Source: Lama glama (taxonomy: Eukaryota). From it: a DNA stretch of 64,000 nt. This document shows, piece after piece, positions 50,411 through 63,900 of the stretch. A program made the translations under genes and the position numbers. How positions within the stretch are numbered: position 1 is the first letter of the stretch; the number at the start of each line of letters is the position of its first letter. The DNA lies in NCBI GenBank assembly GCA_028534125.1, contig CM052816.1, positions 60,452,001 to 60,516,000 of the forward strand, in the 5' to 3' direction. Below the pieces are notes generated by a model that searched no databases, was not told the DNA's origin, and saw only the letters and a list, made by a program, of their open reading frames with translations.

Positions 50411-51188
50411 ACACGCCCATCCATTTTCACTCTCCAATGTTTTACTTTGAATTTTCTCAAGCCTGCAGAAAAGTTGAAAGGATACAACACTTACACACTC
50501 TTCACCTTGAGCCACCAATTGTCAACATGTCCCCCAATAGTTTTGCTATCAATATTTGTGAAAATACAATGAAGACAAAAATGGTTTTTGCAATTTAATA
50601 GGAAAATCTTAAGAGGAATCTTAATCTTATAGGAAATCTAATAGGAAAATCTCCCCGCAAGAAGGTGCTAAGTGGTCAATAACTACATATTGAGCATAAC
50701 TTTCCACAAATAATCTGTATCAGGAATTAGACTTCTTTAAAAACTTAGAAATGCGAAAGAGTTCTCATGAGCATTTCCCAGCAGATGCTTCAATAAGGGC
50801 GGTCAGTCTAAGCTGAACCCCAGAATCATTCCATATCAGAGCTGGAAGTCATCCACTCCAAACCCTTCCTTTTAGAGATGTGAAAACTGAGACCCAGTGA
50901 GGCTACCACCACTCGCCTTTCATCCGTCATGAGCAGTACACTTCACGACAAGAGAGGTGGGGACTTGAGAAGGAAAATGAGAGAACCAGGAAGACAGGGA
51001 CAAAGGCAGTATGAGGAGGTAGCCAGGTGGTCAAGGCAGCAGCTCCCCAAATCCCCCCCTGTCCAACATCCACCCCGCCGACATCCACCCACAGGTGATG
51101 CAGAAAGCAGGAGAACCTTCTACCCCAAACTCTCAGGATCCCCCTCCTTCAAAGGTCTGACCCTGAGCCACATACAGCAAGCATTTCT

Positions 51189-51373
51189 TTTGCTGTTGAA
51201 GTATAGTTGATTTACAATGCTGTTAGCTAAAATGGCACAAATGAACTTATTTATAAAATGGAAACAGACTCACAGACACAGAAAACAAACTTATGGTTAT
51301 CGGGGGGAAAGGGGGGCATGGAAGGATCAACTGGGACTTTGGTTTAGCGGATACAAAGTACCATAGACAGAAT
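51189..51373 (-). mobile_element. Short L1 insertion with 5' inversion (twin-priming structure) and 10-bp TSD
   Basis: 51189-51226 is the antisense L1 3' end (ttgaagtatagttgatttacaatg..gttag); 51227-51373 is a sense upstream 3' UTR piece (acaaatgaacttatttataaaatggaaacagactcacagac..aaacaaacttatggtt); aagcatttct at 51179-51188 and 51374-51383. Confidence 0.85.
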
Positions 51374-53309
51374 AAGCATTTCTACTTTGCTTCTTTGTCG
51401 ATTATGCTGTTAATGTCTCTTCTAACTAATTATTAAACACAGGCTCTACTGGAGCAAGGATGTGATCACAGCAAATGAAGCTCTACTATGTGTGGCTTCG
51501 CAAAATAACCAACCGCCTCCCTGAGCAAACACAGACAGGGGCCTCTGGAGGACACACAACGCAAGTTTTGTGTTTCCTGAGCCTGGTTTCTGGGTTTTGT
51601 GTTATGTTCCCCTGTTATGTTGGTCTTCTGCTCTAGAAGTGCAAACACTTTTGTTTGTGAAATTATCTATGGCCACTTTCAAAATCCCTGAATCAATAAG
51701 AATAATTCAGCAGCAGAATATTAATTTTCAGTAACACATCTTCCATCGATTGTTTCTTGGCATCCTTCCTGGTCTGGTGTGGCGCCACGGTCAGCCCGGC
51801 ACCCACTGGCTGTATTGTAATGATACATATCGACGGGACTCTAATGCAGAAGATCTCACCATTACCCAGCCGGCCCTCTCTGGCCTTTTCTTTTGTTGTT
51901 TGCTGTTCTCTGCCTCCAGCCTCAGACACAGCCCTAGACTGGGGACAGGCAGCAGTTTACGGTCAGCCATCAATTGATTCATTTGTAAAATCAGAGTGCT
52001 CCTGAACTCCTTCTGAAATACTTTGAGGAGCTTTGATAAATTATAGCTCGTGTGCACAATTACGGGATCAATTCCCAAAGTCACCAGGTTTTCTGTCTGT
52101 CCCTGTTGCATTCACAGCTATCTTCTTAATATCTTTTCTCCTTTCTTAGAAAAGTGTTCAAAAACCTGACAGGCACCATTATTTAAGGAGTGTGCAATGC
52201 TTTCATCATTTCAGAGTAACAGGATAGGTCTTTCTATCCCTTTTAACATATCCATTTGACCCCTTTACAAACTACTGCACTAGGACTGAACACGTAACTA
52301 AGTCAAGATGCAGATCAGATTATATTTTCTTGACATGACTGACTATTGAAACACATAAAGTAACAGATGTTAACTGGCCCAGGATGTCCTATATATTCTA
52401 TGAAGACATCAGAAATACTCTGAGGCTTTCCCCAGTTCTGATATGCATCCAACTTACTTGAATAAACACAAGAAAAAATGGCAAAGGAGGGAGACAAAGT
52501 ACCTATTTGCAACATTTCCTGGATCATGTTCTCAGTTATAGTTCAAACATGTTTAGACGAGTCTTATTATTTTTCTCAGTTTGAAAACATACCCATATAC
52601 CAAGAATTTAGCTGTTTCATTTTCCACTCCCATCCTAAAAAACAATAAACAGAAAACCAAAAAAACCAGAGCTGAGGTGACACTGGGATCCTCCGCAGCA
52701 GAGGTGAGGACCACAAAGCATCGCTGGCCTCCCTCTCCAGTGCTCAGGGACCAGCTGTCAGGGAAGCCAGGGGCAGCACAGAGAGGCCACCATGAGTTGC
52801 CTCTGCCCAGCTCCTGTACATGCTCAGGCCTCCTCTATTGCAGAAAGTCGTCACCTGAAGAGCTCCCAGTGATGCTTATCCTGCAAATAGTCATGCTTAG
52901 AAGGACAGACAGAATGGACATATGGTTGTTCTGTAGAGCAATTGGGGCATTTCCGTCTCTTCTGCTTTCACAGAAAAGTTATTTGGGGGGCTCAGCCAAA
53001 ACCTTCCCATCCCACTTTGCTACATCTTCAAGTCCAGTTACACATCTGAAAATTAAGATCTTTGCCAGATTACAGCTAGTAATACCCTATTCACGGTCAT
53101 TCAAGAACTGAGGGAGGTGGAGATAAAAGGCAGAAAGAACTGTAGAGCAGAGGGGAAAGCATTTTTTCCTGGAATTACTGGCCAGTAGACTGAACACCAG
53201 GAACTTCCAGGGAGAAGACAGCCAGATGCACCACTTATGGTGACAACTGATGCTCAGGTAGCATCCATTCCCAAGGTTTTGGCCATGTTTAATAGTCGGG
53301 TTTGACTTA

Positions 53310-53630
53310 TCCGTCAAGCCATCTCCTTTTGTTTCTGCGTATGCAGCTAGAATCCATCTCCCAGCCTCTCTTGCACTCAGCAGTGGCCATAAGACTGAAC
53401 TCCAGACAATGGACGATGCCCCGTGCAGTTCTTGTCCATTACTATCTGGGTGTCAGCACCCAGAAGGACCTTGGCAGAACCTCCGTCAGCCTGAGTCCCT
53501 GAATGACTGCGTGGAACAGAGCCCATCTCTGCCAAGATGGCCTGTAGATGAGGAAGAAAAACTCTTGTTCACAGAAATAAACAAAAACAATAGTAATTAA
53601 ACTTCTAAGCCATTTCTTCAATACAACACA
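53310..53630 (+). mobile_element. MaLR LTR, MLT1J-like
   Basis: cagctagaatccatctcccagcctctcttgcactcagcagtggccataagactga..cctgagtccctgaatgactgcgtggaacagagccc. Confidence 0.7.
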
Positions 53631-53699
53631 ACACACTCTATGTTGCCCTGATTAAACGTTGTGAGAAAACTTACCTCACCAACCACTACCAATCATCTT

Positions 53700-54100
53700 A
53701 CAATTGAAAATCTTACAATGAAAAATGACTGTGTGCAAGCATTCTCACAGCAGACATCGTACAGGTCAGGGCTATGGGGCTTTCCAGCTCAACAGTCCAC
53801 TTCTGAGGGACTAATTGGGTGATTCATATGATACTGGGTCCATGTGATGAAATACTGTGACACCATTAAAAAGGACACAGTGGGACTGTGTGTGCTAACA
53901 TGAGAGAGCTTCACACTAAGTCAAACAGTGAAGCTCAAACACTGTAAAATTCTTTAATTGTATATATTTATGAAGACATATCCAATTTTTTTTTCTGCAA
54001 AAAGTATCAAAAAACTATGAGCAATGGGTTACCTCTGGGGAGACGGAAAGGAGAAGAATCCATTTTCACTTTGTACCTGTTCTAATATTGTTTATGTATT
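53700..54100 (+). mobile_element. Old L1 (L1ME-like) 3' fragment
   Basis: ccatgtgatgaaatactgtgacaccattaaaaagga..gtgctaacatg..ggttacctctggggag. Confidence 0.55.
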
Positions 54101-57100
54101 AATTTCAAGAGGGGTAGCAACAGGAATAGCTATTTATTTTTTCTTTTTCATACATTCTTGTATTAATTAAAAGTGACTATTAAAATGTGAATCAGAGCAC
54201 TGAAGGAAGGATTATATCAATGGAATTGAACGAGCTTTCTTCCCTCCTCCAAGGCAGATTATCCCCCAAATGAGGACACTGTGAGGTTGTTGCCGATTGA
54301 TTGCCTTCCGTAAGGATGCAGTTCTGAATTTGTATTGTTGTCAAAGATGACCGTAAGGCTTTCCTATTTGTTTATTTGGGACTTAGGGCTCCCCTATTTC
54401 CTTATTAGAAAAGTGACATGTGGCAAGAGCTTTTCCGATTAGTGATCATGGAAGAAATGTCTGAAGAACCAGCGCCTTGTAAATTCTCTCCCAGATGCAT
54501 TAATACACCTTTCCCTCTGAGTCCAACACTATTTGTCTAAATGCCACATTCTGTGCAGAGAAAAGGCACTGCAGTTTCAAACTCTAGAGAAAGGCACCAG
54601 GAAAGAAAAACACAGGGTGAGAGGGGCATATGCTAGGACACAAATACTCTCTGGTGGGCCAGAGTTAAGAATGCTCACTCCGAACCGTAGAGGAAATCCT
54701 GGACCTCATTTAAAAAAAAAATATCCTCAGAAGAAGACATCTTCAACCTGCACATTTCCTAGTAAAGTACAAAAATGCAGCTTATGACTCAGGGCTTGTC
54801 TCTTTTGCCTCGGTTGAATTTCCAGAGAACAGGCTGACCAGGGACACAGGCACCACATCCAGTATAATGCAGGCGCTTGCTGAGCTGTCTGATATTTTGT
54901 TTATATCAACTGAACACAATTCCCCCAGAATACAGAAGTTCAGGCAGAGAGAATGTGCATTTAAGTATTCTGAGATAAATGGATTGTGCTACGGTCTCAG
55001 GTACCACGACCAAATGTAGGGCAGAGAGGACGCTGTTAGTGTGAGCAAGGATTCTGGAGCATCCTGTGTGTGCTGGCCCTGATCCAGGACAACAGAGGTC
55101 ACAAAGACACAGGCTTCTAAGAGTCCGAAGTTCACAGGGTGGACATAGGGGGTGGGTAGGGAAAGGAGGACAGACAGGGTCAAAAATAATTACAACCAGC
55201 AAAACATTGCAATATAATACATATTTTTTAAAGAAGATGAACACTCTCTTGAACTTGACTTCAACTCTCCATTATCTTCATCTTTAAAGTATTCTAAACC
55301 AGGAAACATCTTTTATTTGATTTGGGGCTGTATATTCGACAAAATGGTGCTGCTCAAAAATAAATTGAGCTTAGCAAGCCAGAGGGCCTGGCAAGAATGA
55401 GGAGAAGTAGGCCCAGCATTTAGCATTTTCATGCCCGTGTCATTCCTGCAGCCCTGCCCACCAGCCCTCCTGAGCATTTCGTAGAAAAATTACTAATAAA
55501 AAACCTCCAGCTACATTTTGAAGCAAGGCTCCTTACAACAAAATTCCACAGGACAAAACATGACTGAATAATTGGATTTATGTCTCTGGCTTCGTGAGGT
55601 GGAAACCCCGGAAGAGCCCAGGATAAGGATATATCGGATGATCCCACTTCATGGTGGTCTGCAGAGTTTACAACGCACTTGGAAACAGAATAAAGGCCAA
55701 GGGGAGAGAGACGTTGTCTAGACCAGGGTGACACACTGAACATCATCCTTGGGGCTACAGTCAACTGTTCTTTTCTAGTCTAGCCTCAAGGCAGAGGGAG
55801 GCAGATGCTGCCATCTAGAGATGTCTAGGGATATCAGCTTTGATATCAGCACAGCTCCCAGGGCAGGGGAAGTGGAGGACTTCAGTTAAGGAAGCAGCTG
55901 CCTGAGGGACACATTCTTTCAGGGACAGGTGCCCTGCTTGTTTGAGGAGAGGGTATGGGAGGAGGAAATGCCTGACCAGAGTTGCTTCAGCTCCACAATT
56001 CCCAGGAGAATCAGAATGTAAACTCCTCTGTGATGGCGAAAGCGGACACGTGAGGAATTAGAATGAGAGGGAAGGGTCACCTGAATCAAAGATAGGGAGC
56101 CAGGGTCAGACGTGACAGCCAGGACAGGGGGTTAGCACCTTCTGAGACACAGAAACCTTTCGAGTTCCACTGCCAGAATAATCGACTACAGACAAGGAAA
56201 AAGAGCAGACAGAAAGCCGGAGGGAGAAATTAAAATCCGACAGGTAATCAACCCAAATCTGGCATCATGGAAAAAACGAGAGATGTGAGCAATGAAAAGT
56301 ACACAGGTGTTGTTGCAAGTTACTGGGATATACAGAACGAAAAAGAAAATCTACGTTTAGAGAAACGATGTTATAATGGTTACATACTACACACAATTCC
56401 TGTCCCACCTGTTAAGAACATTTGCTAAGTTTCCTATGAGAATTTACCAATGTACGATAGAAAAATCAATTTTTCTTCTTGAAATTAAAGAACACAGAAA
56501 TTACCAAATCCTGAATTTCCCAATTAATTGACTGGACCTAAGATTCCTGGGCTAGAAAGCTAAATAAAGGTACTTGATCAAAGGTGTGGCTTCATTTATC
56601 CTGGTATCAGACTCCCAATCCTTCCCTCTTAATGAAGAGCTTTCTGCACTGACAGGCTCAGATGATGGTCATAATTCAGATGCGAGTTTGTTACATCCTT
56701 CAGTCTTGTGGGACAGGTTATAAGCTTAGGACTTTAGTGAGAACTGTTGCCACCAGCAACTTCAGGGCATCTAGTTAATTTCATATCAATTTCAGATTTG
56801 TTTAAAATGCCAGACGAGTGGGGACCATTCAATCCTGTTCAAGCCTCTCCCTGTTCTGGCAGGACGAAGAACCCAAGAGTTGTCAGGCTTGATGGATGAA
56901 GGAATTATTCCTCGTGTGCTGTCAGCGCCCATCCCCTTTTGAGCACATCCTTCTCATCAGCACAAGAGGCAGAGGATGCTCTCAACAACTCAGAATAAAG
57001 ACAGGACGGGAAAACAGCTCATGCCAGCAAACGGGTAGGGTCATTAACTTCTCACTTTTCCTTTTGTTGACTCTTGTGACAATGCCACCAAAAAAGTTTC

Positions 57101-58244
57101 TATAGCAGAGGACATCTCTACCACTAGTAAGGCAATTGGCGGCATTTATGGTTTCATAACTGCAAGCTATCAGGAAGGTTGGTCACTCCCTTCCTAAAAT
57201 CAAAGAAATAGTGCCTGAGGTTGACAAGGGAGGCAAATCTCCACTTGAGAGAGCACTTGGTCTCACTCCCAACTCCTGTCTCTGAAAACATCCCCAGCCT
57301 GTGGAGACCTGCTATCAGTAGGTTCCAGTTTCTCAGACTGATGGCGGCAGCAATTAGTGACTCCTGCTCCAGGGAGCAGCAAAGTCCAGGGTTATGGGTC
57401 ACACACCCTGTGGGAACAAGCCACATTAAAGCCAGGGTGGATGGTGCCCCAAAGCTGTGCAGTGCACAGACCAGGAGCCTGAGCATGAAAACCAGATGCA
57501 AGAAAAAATGGTTTCTCTCCCCACTGGTGACCCAAAAGAACTATGATTTCATTAAAGTCAAAGACGTTTAATATTTTTACACGGGATGATTTTTTTCTCT
57601 CACTGGTTTTCAAAGAAAATGAGGAAGTTATTTCCAGAGACAGAAAAATGTTAAAATTAGGGGCAGTCTTTTAAATGTAACCCAAAACAAATGTAACTTA
57701 AGAGTTAAGAGGCTCCCCTCCCAGCCCTACTACATGTTAAAAACAGCAGGAAACTATAGGAGTTCGATTATATGATATACATACAGGAAGACAAATCAAA
57801 GGACAGAACAGAGTCAAGGAATAGACCCATAATGTACTTGGGAATTTAATATATGCTAAAAGTGATATTACAGGTTAGGGAGAAAGAGAAGTTGCTTGAT
57901 AACAGTGTTGGACTAACTGGCTAGACACTTAGAGTAAGAGTAATAAGCTGAATGGCTCTCTGACTCCTTAACAAAAGTAAGTTCCAAATAGGTTAGAGAT
58001 TTAAATGTTAAAAATTACCCCATAAAGATAAAAGAAAATGTGAATAATATTGTTAGAATCTGAGAAGAAAAAATACCTTTCTAAGCATGACATGAATCCA
58101 GAAACCACCCAAAATAAATAAAATGGACAAGCCTCTGGCAAAATTAATCAAGGGGGGAAAAAAGAATGAGGAAGAGAAGACACAAGGAAGTAATACTAAG
58201 AATGGGAAAGGAGTCAAAACTGCAGATGCCTCACAAAATTAACA

Positions 58245-58470
58245 AGGGGTCAGGGAGAGAGGGATAAATTAGGAGTTTGGGATTGGCAGATACAAACTTC
58301 TATGTACAGAAAAGATAAACAACAATGTTCTACTGTACAGCACAGGGAACTATTTTCAGTGGCTTGTATTAATCTGTAATGAAAAAGAATATGTATCTAC
58401 TAAATCACTATGCTGCACACCAGAAACTAATACAACATTATAAATCAAATACGCTTCAATTTTTTAAAAA
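58245..58470 (+). mobile_element. Artiodactyl-type L1 3' end nested in older L1
   Basis: gggataaattaggagtttgggattggcagatacaaac..gtacagcacagggaactat..tgctgcacaccagaaactaatacaacattataaatcaa. Confidence 0.85.
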
Positions 58471-58720
58471 AGGGAAAACATTTTCTCAAGTTTAGAATAA
58501 GTAAACAAATTCACACCAAATTACAAAAATACCAAACTGACTCAAGAATAAATAATCTGTATGTTCTTATAATCATTAAAAAATTGGGTCAAAAATGCGC
58601 CCCCCAAAGAAATTCTCAGGTCTAGATGGCTTTACAGGCAGCATTCAGAACAGCCAAGAAAGAGATTCATCCATTCCTACACAAATTCTTCCAGAGACTA
58701 GAAAAGGAAGGAAGTTTCCC

Positions 58721-59152
58721 TGCGGTAGATAAAACTATCGTTTAGCAAATACTCGCTTCCCTCCGACTCTCCGCCTCACTGCTGCCGGGTCTAACCATCC
58801 AGTTTTCGCCAATGGGCCCAAGTGAGACAGGGTCAGTTCCAAGCCTGATCGGTAAGAAACACTTGGTCTTTCTGCTCCCCCTTATAGGAGTTTCCAACCT
58901 CCACCATGGGAAAGCATGCCACAGGTAAGAGCTGCTCTTCACCCTGGGCCCCAGAGTAAGACACAGACAGATGTGACTCAGACCTGCAGTCTGGATGTAA
59001 GCCAAGCCAACTCACAGATCCGTGGCCCTAAGCAGCCACTCCCAGCCAACCCACAGACCCACAGCAAGAAATAAATACCACCAAAGAATGCCACTGAGAA
59101 ACTGTGGCTTACTATGCAGCGTTATTGTAGTACTGAAGTAATGACCGATACA
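58721..59152 (+). mobile_element. MaLR solo LTR (MLT1G/H/I-like) with 5-bp TSD, nested in L1
   Basis: TG...CA termini (tgcggtagat...gaccgataca), flanks ttccc / ttcct, aataaa-like signal at ~59070. Confidence 0.75.
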
Positions 59153-59864
59153 TTCCTAATTCCATTTGCTGAGCCTAACGAAGAGTATAAGAAAGAGAAA
59201 CTACAAGCTAATGCCACTTATAAACATAGATGGCAAAATCCTAACAAAAATACCAGTAAACTGGATGCAAAAATGTATTTTAAATGTTATTTGTCATGAC
59301 AATGGTGCATTTTTCAAAAATGTAAGATTAAAAAACACCAACAAATACAGAAAAAGCATTTTTTTTTGTAAAAATGAAAAAAAAATCTAGGCAAGCATCA
59401 AAAAATTTATTTTTCACCTGCTACAGAACTTCAAAAAAAAAAGGGAACATACCATTCATCACACTTAATATGAAATGTTCAAAATATTCTCTTTATGTTT
59501 AAGAACACCATAAGAATGCATGGTATAACCACTTACATTCAACATAACCCTGGAAACATAATCCTGGAAGTTATGGTAAATGAAGTAAAATTTTTTTAAA
59601 AAGAAAGAAAAGTTATAAAGGTTGGAAAAGAAAGAAATAGAGCTATAATTATTTGCAGATTATCACTGTCTACATTGTCTACAAAAAACTCTCATCCCCA
59701 AAATCTAAAGATGAGTAAGAATTGATAAGAATTAGCAAGGTTGATTCAATCTCCATACATTAGCCAATTGGTATACATATTTATTTTTAAAAGATATTAT
59801 TTTAAATTCCTAAGAATAAGTCTAACAAGTGATATACAAATTCTTCCTGAAGAAAATAGTATAA

Positions 59865-59987
59865 TTTTATTTTGGGGGGTAGGGGGTAGTTTCGTTTACT
59901 TATTTATTTAATGGAGGTACTGGGGATTGAACCTAGGACCTTGTGCATGCTAAGCATTCTCTCTACCACTGAGCTATATCCTCCCCT
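59865..59987 (-). mobile_element. vic-1-type camelid SINE nested in L1
   Basis: atggaggtactggggattgaacctaggaccttgtgcatgctaagcattctctctaccactgagctatatcctcccc. Confidence 0.9.
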
Positions 59988-60394
59988 CTAAAACCTTATT
60001 TTAAAACATTGATGAAGTCCTAAGTAAATGGAGCAATATAGCACGCTATAGAATAATAAACCTCAACATCATAAAAGTGTCACTTTCCCAAAGTGACTTC
60101 TAGATTTAACATAATTCTAATCAAAATCTCAATCAGTTTGTAGAACTTCACAAGTGATTTTACGCAAAAGATAAACATGCCCCAAGTAGCCAACAATTTT
60201 AAAGAACAACAATGACATAAGGGAACTTTCTTGAGCAGTTATTAACAAGACTTGTTATGAAGTTACAGTAATTAAGGAAGTGTGATATTGGCACAGGAAC
60301 AGACAAACTGACCAATTACGGGATAGAGAGCCAAGGCATAGAGAAACACACAAAGAATGCCTAACACTTCGCAGTCACCTCTGATACGCGTTAT

Positions 60395-60560
60395 GGTCTT
60401 TCATTGTTATGACAATGCTGTCGGCATTAACCATTCCCATTTTATTAATGAAGATGCTGGGCTCAACAAGGTTAAGTGACAATTGCCCAAAATTACTGAG
60501 CCAAGAAATTTCAGCACTAGAATTCAGTCCCAAGTTTCCCCACCCCAAACATGAGTCTTT
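60395..60560 (-). mobile_element. MIR SINE
   Basis: attcccattttattaatgaagatgctgggctcaacaaggttaagtgacaattgcccaaa. Confidence 0.7.
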
Positions 60561-63064
60561 TTCATCATCTGCTACATTTTGAAGAATAGTTAGCAAATAG
60601 AGCAAGACAAAGGGCCTGCATGCTAAGGATGATGGAAGCTCAAATGTTGAGCAGAATATCTTAGCAGAAACCTAGGCGGCACACAGCACCTGCCAGCAGA
60701 ATTAAGCAGTGATTGTGGTAAGAGGGGTTAAGAAGAAATGTTCTTCCCTTCTGAGCGCATCACGCTGGAGCCAGACCATGAGTTCACTTAACTAAGAAAG
60801 GTATATTGCAAGTTCTAGAGAATTAAGGTCATGGCACTGGACATGCAGGGCTGATTTATGTGGGTCACAATTGGAAAAAAACCAAAACAACCCACATACT
60901 CAAATTAGAAGACAGGCACTCACTCTCAATAGAAAAAAATATGCTCAAAACTCTAAAAAAACTACAGAGACCCAAACTCCATCTTCAAGTAGATATGGCC
61001 CCCAAATCATCAGACAGAGGCCTGTTTAACGCTCTTACATACATAAGAAGTGATCAGGATTTAAAATCAACAAATAGAAATGCTATTTTTAAAGAACTGT
61101 AACAGAGGGTAAATTAGGAACACCACGTCCCATAAAGTTTGCTTCCAAAGTGCCATAATTTTCTGGTTGGGCTTTCAAATATTTAGTTTAGTTACTCCTA
61201 TTGAAATTCCTATTAAAATATTTTATGTTTTCAGCTCACTTAAAAGCTTGATTTTTCTAGTAGTTTATTTATGCCTAACTTCCACAAACACAGAGAGAAT
61301 CATGCTTTAAATAAAAATGAAATACAAAAATATGGCATTTTGAAGAATAAAAACCAAATTAGAATCTAAATTGCAAATCATCTAACATGTATAAGAAAGC
61401 TGAATTAGAACTCCAAGAGATGCTGAAGGGGAATATATTTTAAGGGTCATAAACCAACTATAATATTAATTGCAATAAGAAGGCTTATTTAAATGAAAAG
61501 CCCAAAACTAAGGATTTTATAAGCAATGTTCCTAATTTATATGCTTAACATGCTATCATTTGTTTCTGCCTTTCCTACAACCAACCAATTACAGCATATT
61601 TCTAAAGAACCAATTTTATTTGCTGGCAATTATTTGTTATCTTAGCCATAATTCTGCAGCTTTTCAAGCAGCAAATAAATGAATGTCTTACATCTGGAGA
61701 AGAAAACACAAAAAGTGATGGTATCATGTTTGAATACATGCATTTATTGGCACGTTACATTCTAATTAACATAATTGACTTGGAAACAGGTCTCACAATA
61801 GTTGTTAACATTTGTGTCAATTTAGTGGCAGTTAATGACAGGAATAGCAAAGATCTGCTATTTCTTCCACTTTTAAGTAAAATACAATAAACCTTTCTGA
61901 AAAAGAAAAGGCAACCTCACAGAATATTCAAAACTCTTTTTAGTCAATAAAGCTCTACCTCAGCAGGCTTACAAAGCAGACCCTGTAGTTTATTCCAGGG
62001 ATCTACGAGCTAGAATATGGGCACCCAGGGGTATACAATATGATCAAATGTGGTTCAGGAAAAAAATTACAATACTAGTTTCCATTTTTTATGTCTCCTT
62101 TTTTTGGTTGGTTTTAGTACATTTCATAAGTTGACGTTCAGGCTGATATTCAGCTGATATGCACCAGCTCTGGTGGCTAAAATACTTCCTTCCAGGTTAC
62201 CAAACAGCCATTGCCTCAAGCACTGCCATCCCCTACCCCAGGACTCCCTGTTCCTCTCCGGGATATGGCAGCTAAATGGTTAACCCTGGCAAAGGGAGCA
62301 GCCTCCAGGCCCCTGCTGAAACCCCACAGTAAATGTCCTCTCTAATAGTTTCCTAGTGGAGATTCACAGCTCTGTTAAGATATTGGTACTACCCCCTCTA
62401 ACTACATGTAAATCATTTGAAAATACATTTACTCATTAGGGAGTACATACTCTGAGTGTTTCACCGATGGGGCGAGGAAGCAAAAATGTGAGAGGCCCAA
62501 CAGGCATCCTCTAACTTTGTTACACCTGGAGAAACAGCAAAATTCAGCAAAGCCAAATAAATGATAGCAATATTAATAATATATTCAGTAAAACAGATGT
62601 CCAAATTCTGAAGGTCCAAATACACAGGCACTGTGATACACGGTACACAAAATGTCGTGTCATCCAAGAGGAAGGAAACTGCGTATCTGATACAAAAAGC
62701 AGGCTCATGAGGTTTCTGTATGATCCAATGAGACGAATGAAAAGAAAGGAATTGGGGTTCTCTTTTCTGGTTGCCTTTTTACTTTTTATTGTTTAATGAC
62801 ATCACACCTAAAAGTTTACTTCATATTGAAAACACCATATTATCGTTTCCCCATAAACTTTCATTGCAAACAAGCTTCACGCCTTACAAGTTATCCTGCA
62901 GAGAACACAGGAGAGACCTGCAGTTTTTTGAAAATAATCAGAGAAATGTATCTTTACAAGGCCAGCTTCATCAATTCCTTCAACCATAATCTTCAGATAT
63001 GCATTTAATAGAACTTAAATTCCCTGGTTTAAGAAATAAATCAGCTTACTACCCTTGGACCAGA

Positions 63065-63295
63065 TGATAATAGTTAATGTTCTCGTGCTCTGCCTGTGTG
63101 TTCCAATTGCCTTAACACGTACCATCTCACTTGATTCCAGCAACAGCCACGTAACATAGGTACGACTAATACTCCCATTTTTCAGAGGCACAGGAACATT
63201 CTGTTCCTTGGTCAAGGTCACCCATGTAGTAAGTGGTAAAGTCCAGATGCCAACCCAGGCACCCTGACTCTGGAGCACATGCTCTGAACTACCTA
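63065..63295 (-). mobile_element. MIR SINE
   Basis: ctcccatttttcagagg..tggtcaaggtcacccatgtagtaagtggtaaagtccagatgccaacccaggc..ctgactctggagc. Confidence 0.75.
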
Positions 63296-63689
63296 CAATA
63301 ATTAAATTATAAATAAAGTGCTTGTAAAAAATCATCACAATTTAGACAAAGGCCACTGAAGTGCAAAATCTCTCCAGGCAAGGGGAGAGGGCTGACCCAA
63401 GGTCTGTTCCATCCATAAAATTCTCCAATTCCAGGCTTCATTTTCAGAAGCAAGGCTCTCAAAGGTCAATTAAAATGTTGAGAGGTTTTATAGGCACGAC
63501 CTAATATAAACCCATGATAGTTCAACTACTGTCACTTCTAAGAGCCCACCCAATTAAATCTTTTTGTCTCACATCCTCATCGGTTATAGATTATTTTCCT
63601 GGGCTCATTAGGCAATCAGACCATTTGGAAATGAGAAGGGGAGGGGGAGAAGGCAAGCAAAGAGATCCTAACAAATTCATGTAGTAAAT

Positions 63690-63900
63690 GTTTTGGTTCA
63701 GATATGCACAATTCAAAGGAGGGTGCATACAATCCAGCTTGGCGTGAGGATGGAGACAGACATCAGAGAAAGCTTCCTGGAAGAGGAAGGGCATGTGCTG
63801 AAGTGCAGAGAGGCACTGGCCAGGCAAAAAGAAGGCAGCTGCACAGAGAGGCGTTTTCTCTCCAGGGCAAGGAAATGCATTAGACTAGGACTCTAACACC
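63690..63900 (-). mobile_element. L2 LINE fragment
   Basis: atcagagaaagcttcctggaagaggaagggcatgtgctga. Confidence 0.55.

Larger units (their letters stand above)
57700..60340 (+). mobile_element. Ancient L1M ORF2 fragments (two segments) hosting three nested insertions
   Basis: ORF 59166-59390 contains KRNYKLMPLINIDGKILTKI, a degraded form of the L1 RT-region motif KENYRPISLMNIDAKILNKI; other ORF2 blocks include ggtctagatggctttacagg and acagtaattaaggaagtgtgatattggcacagg. Confidence 0.8.

Noticed and set aside
52581..53111. 176-aa ORF
   Set aside because: Non-ATG start, no recognisable homology and no convincing splice signals.
61985..62500. Possible hAT/Charlie relic with a nested LTR-like piece
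   Set aside because: Resemblance too weak to assign a family or boundaries without a Dfam search.
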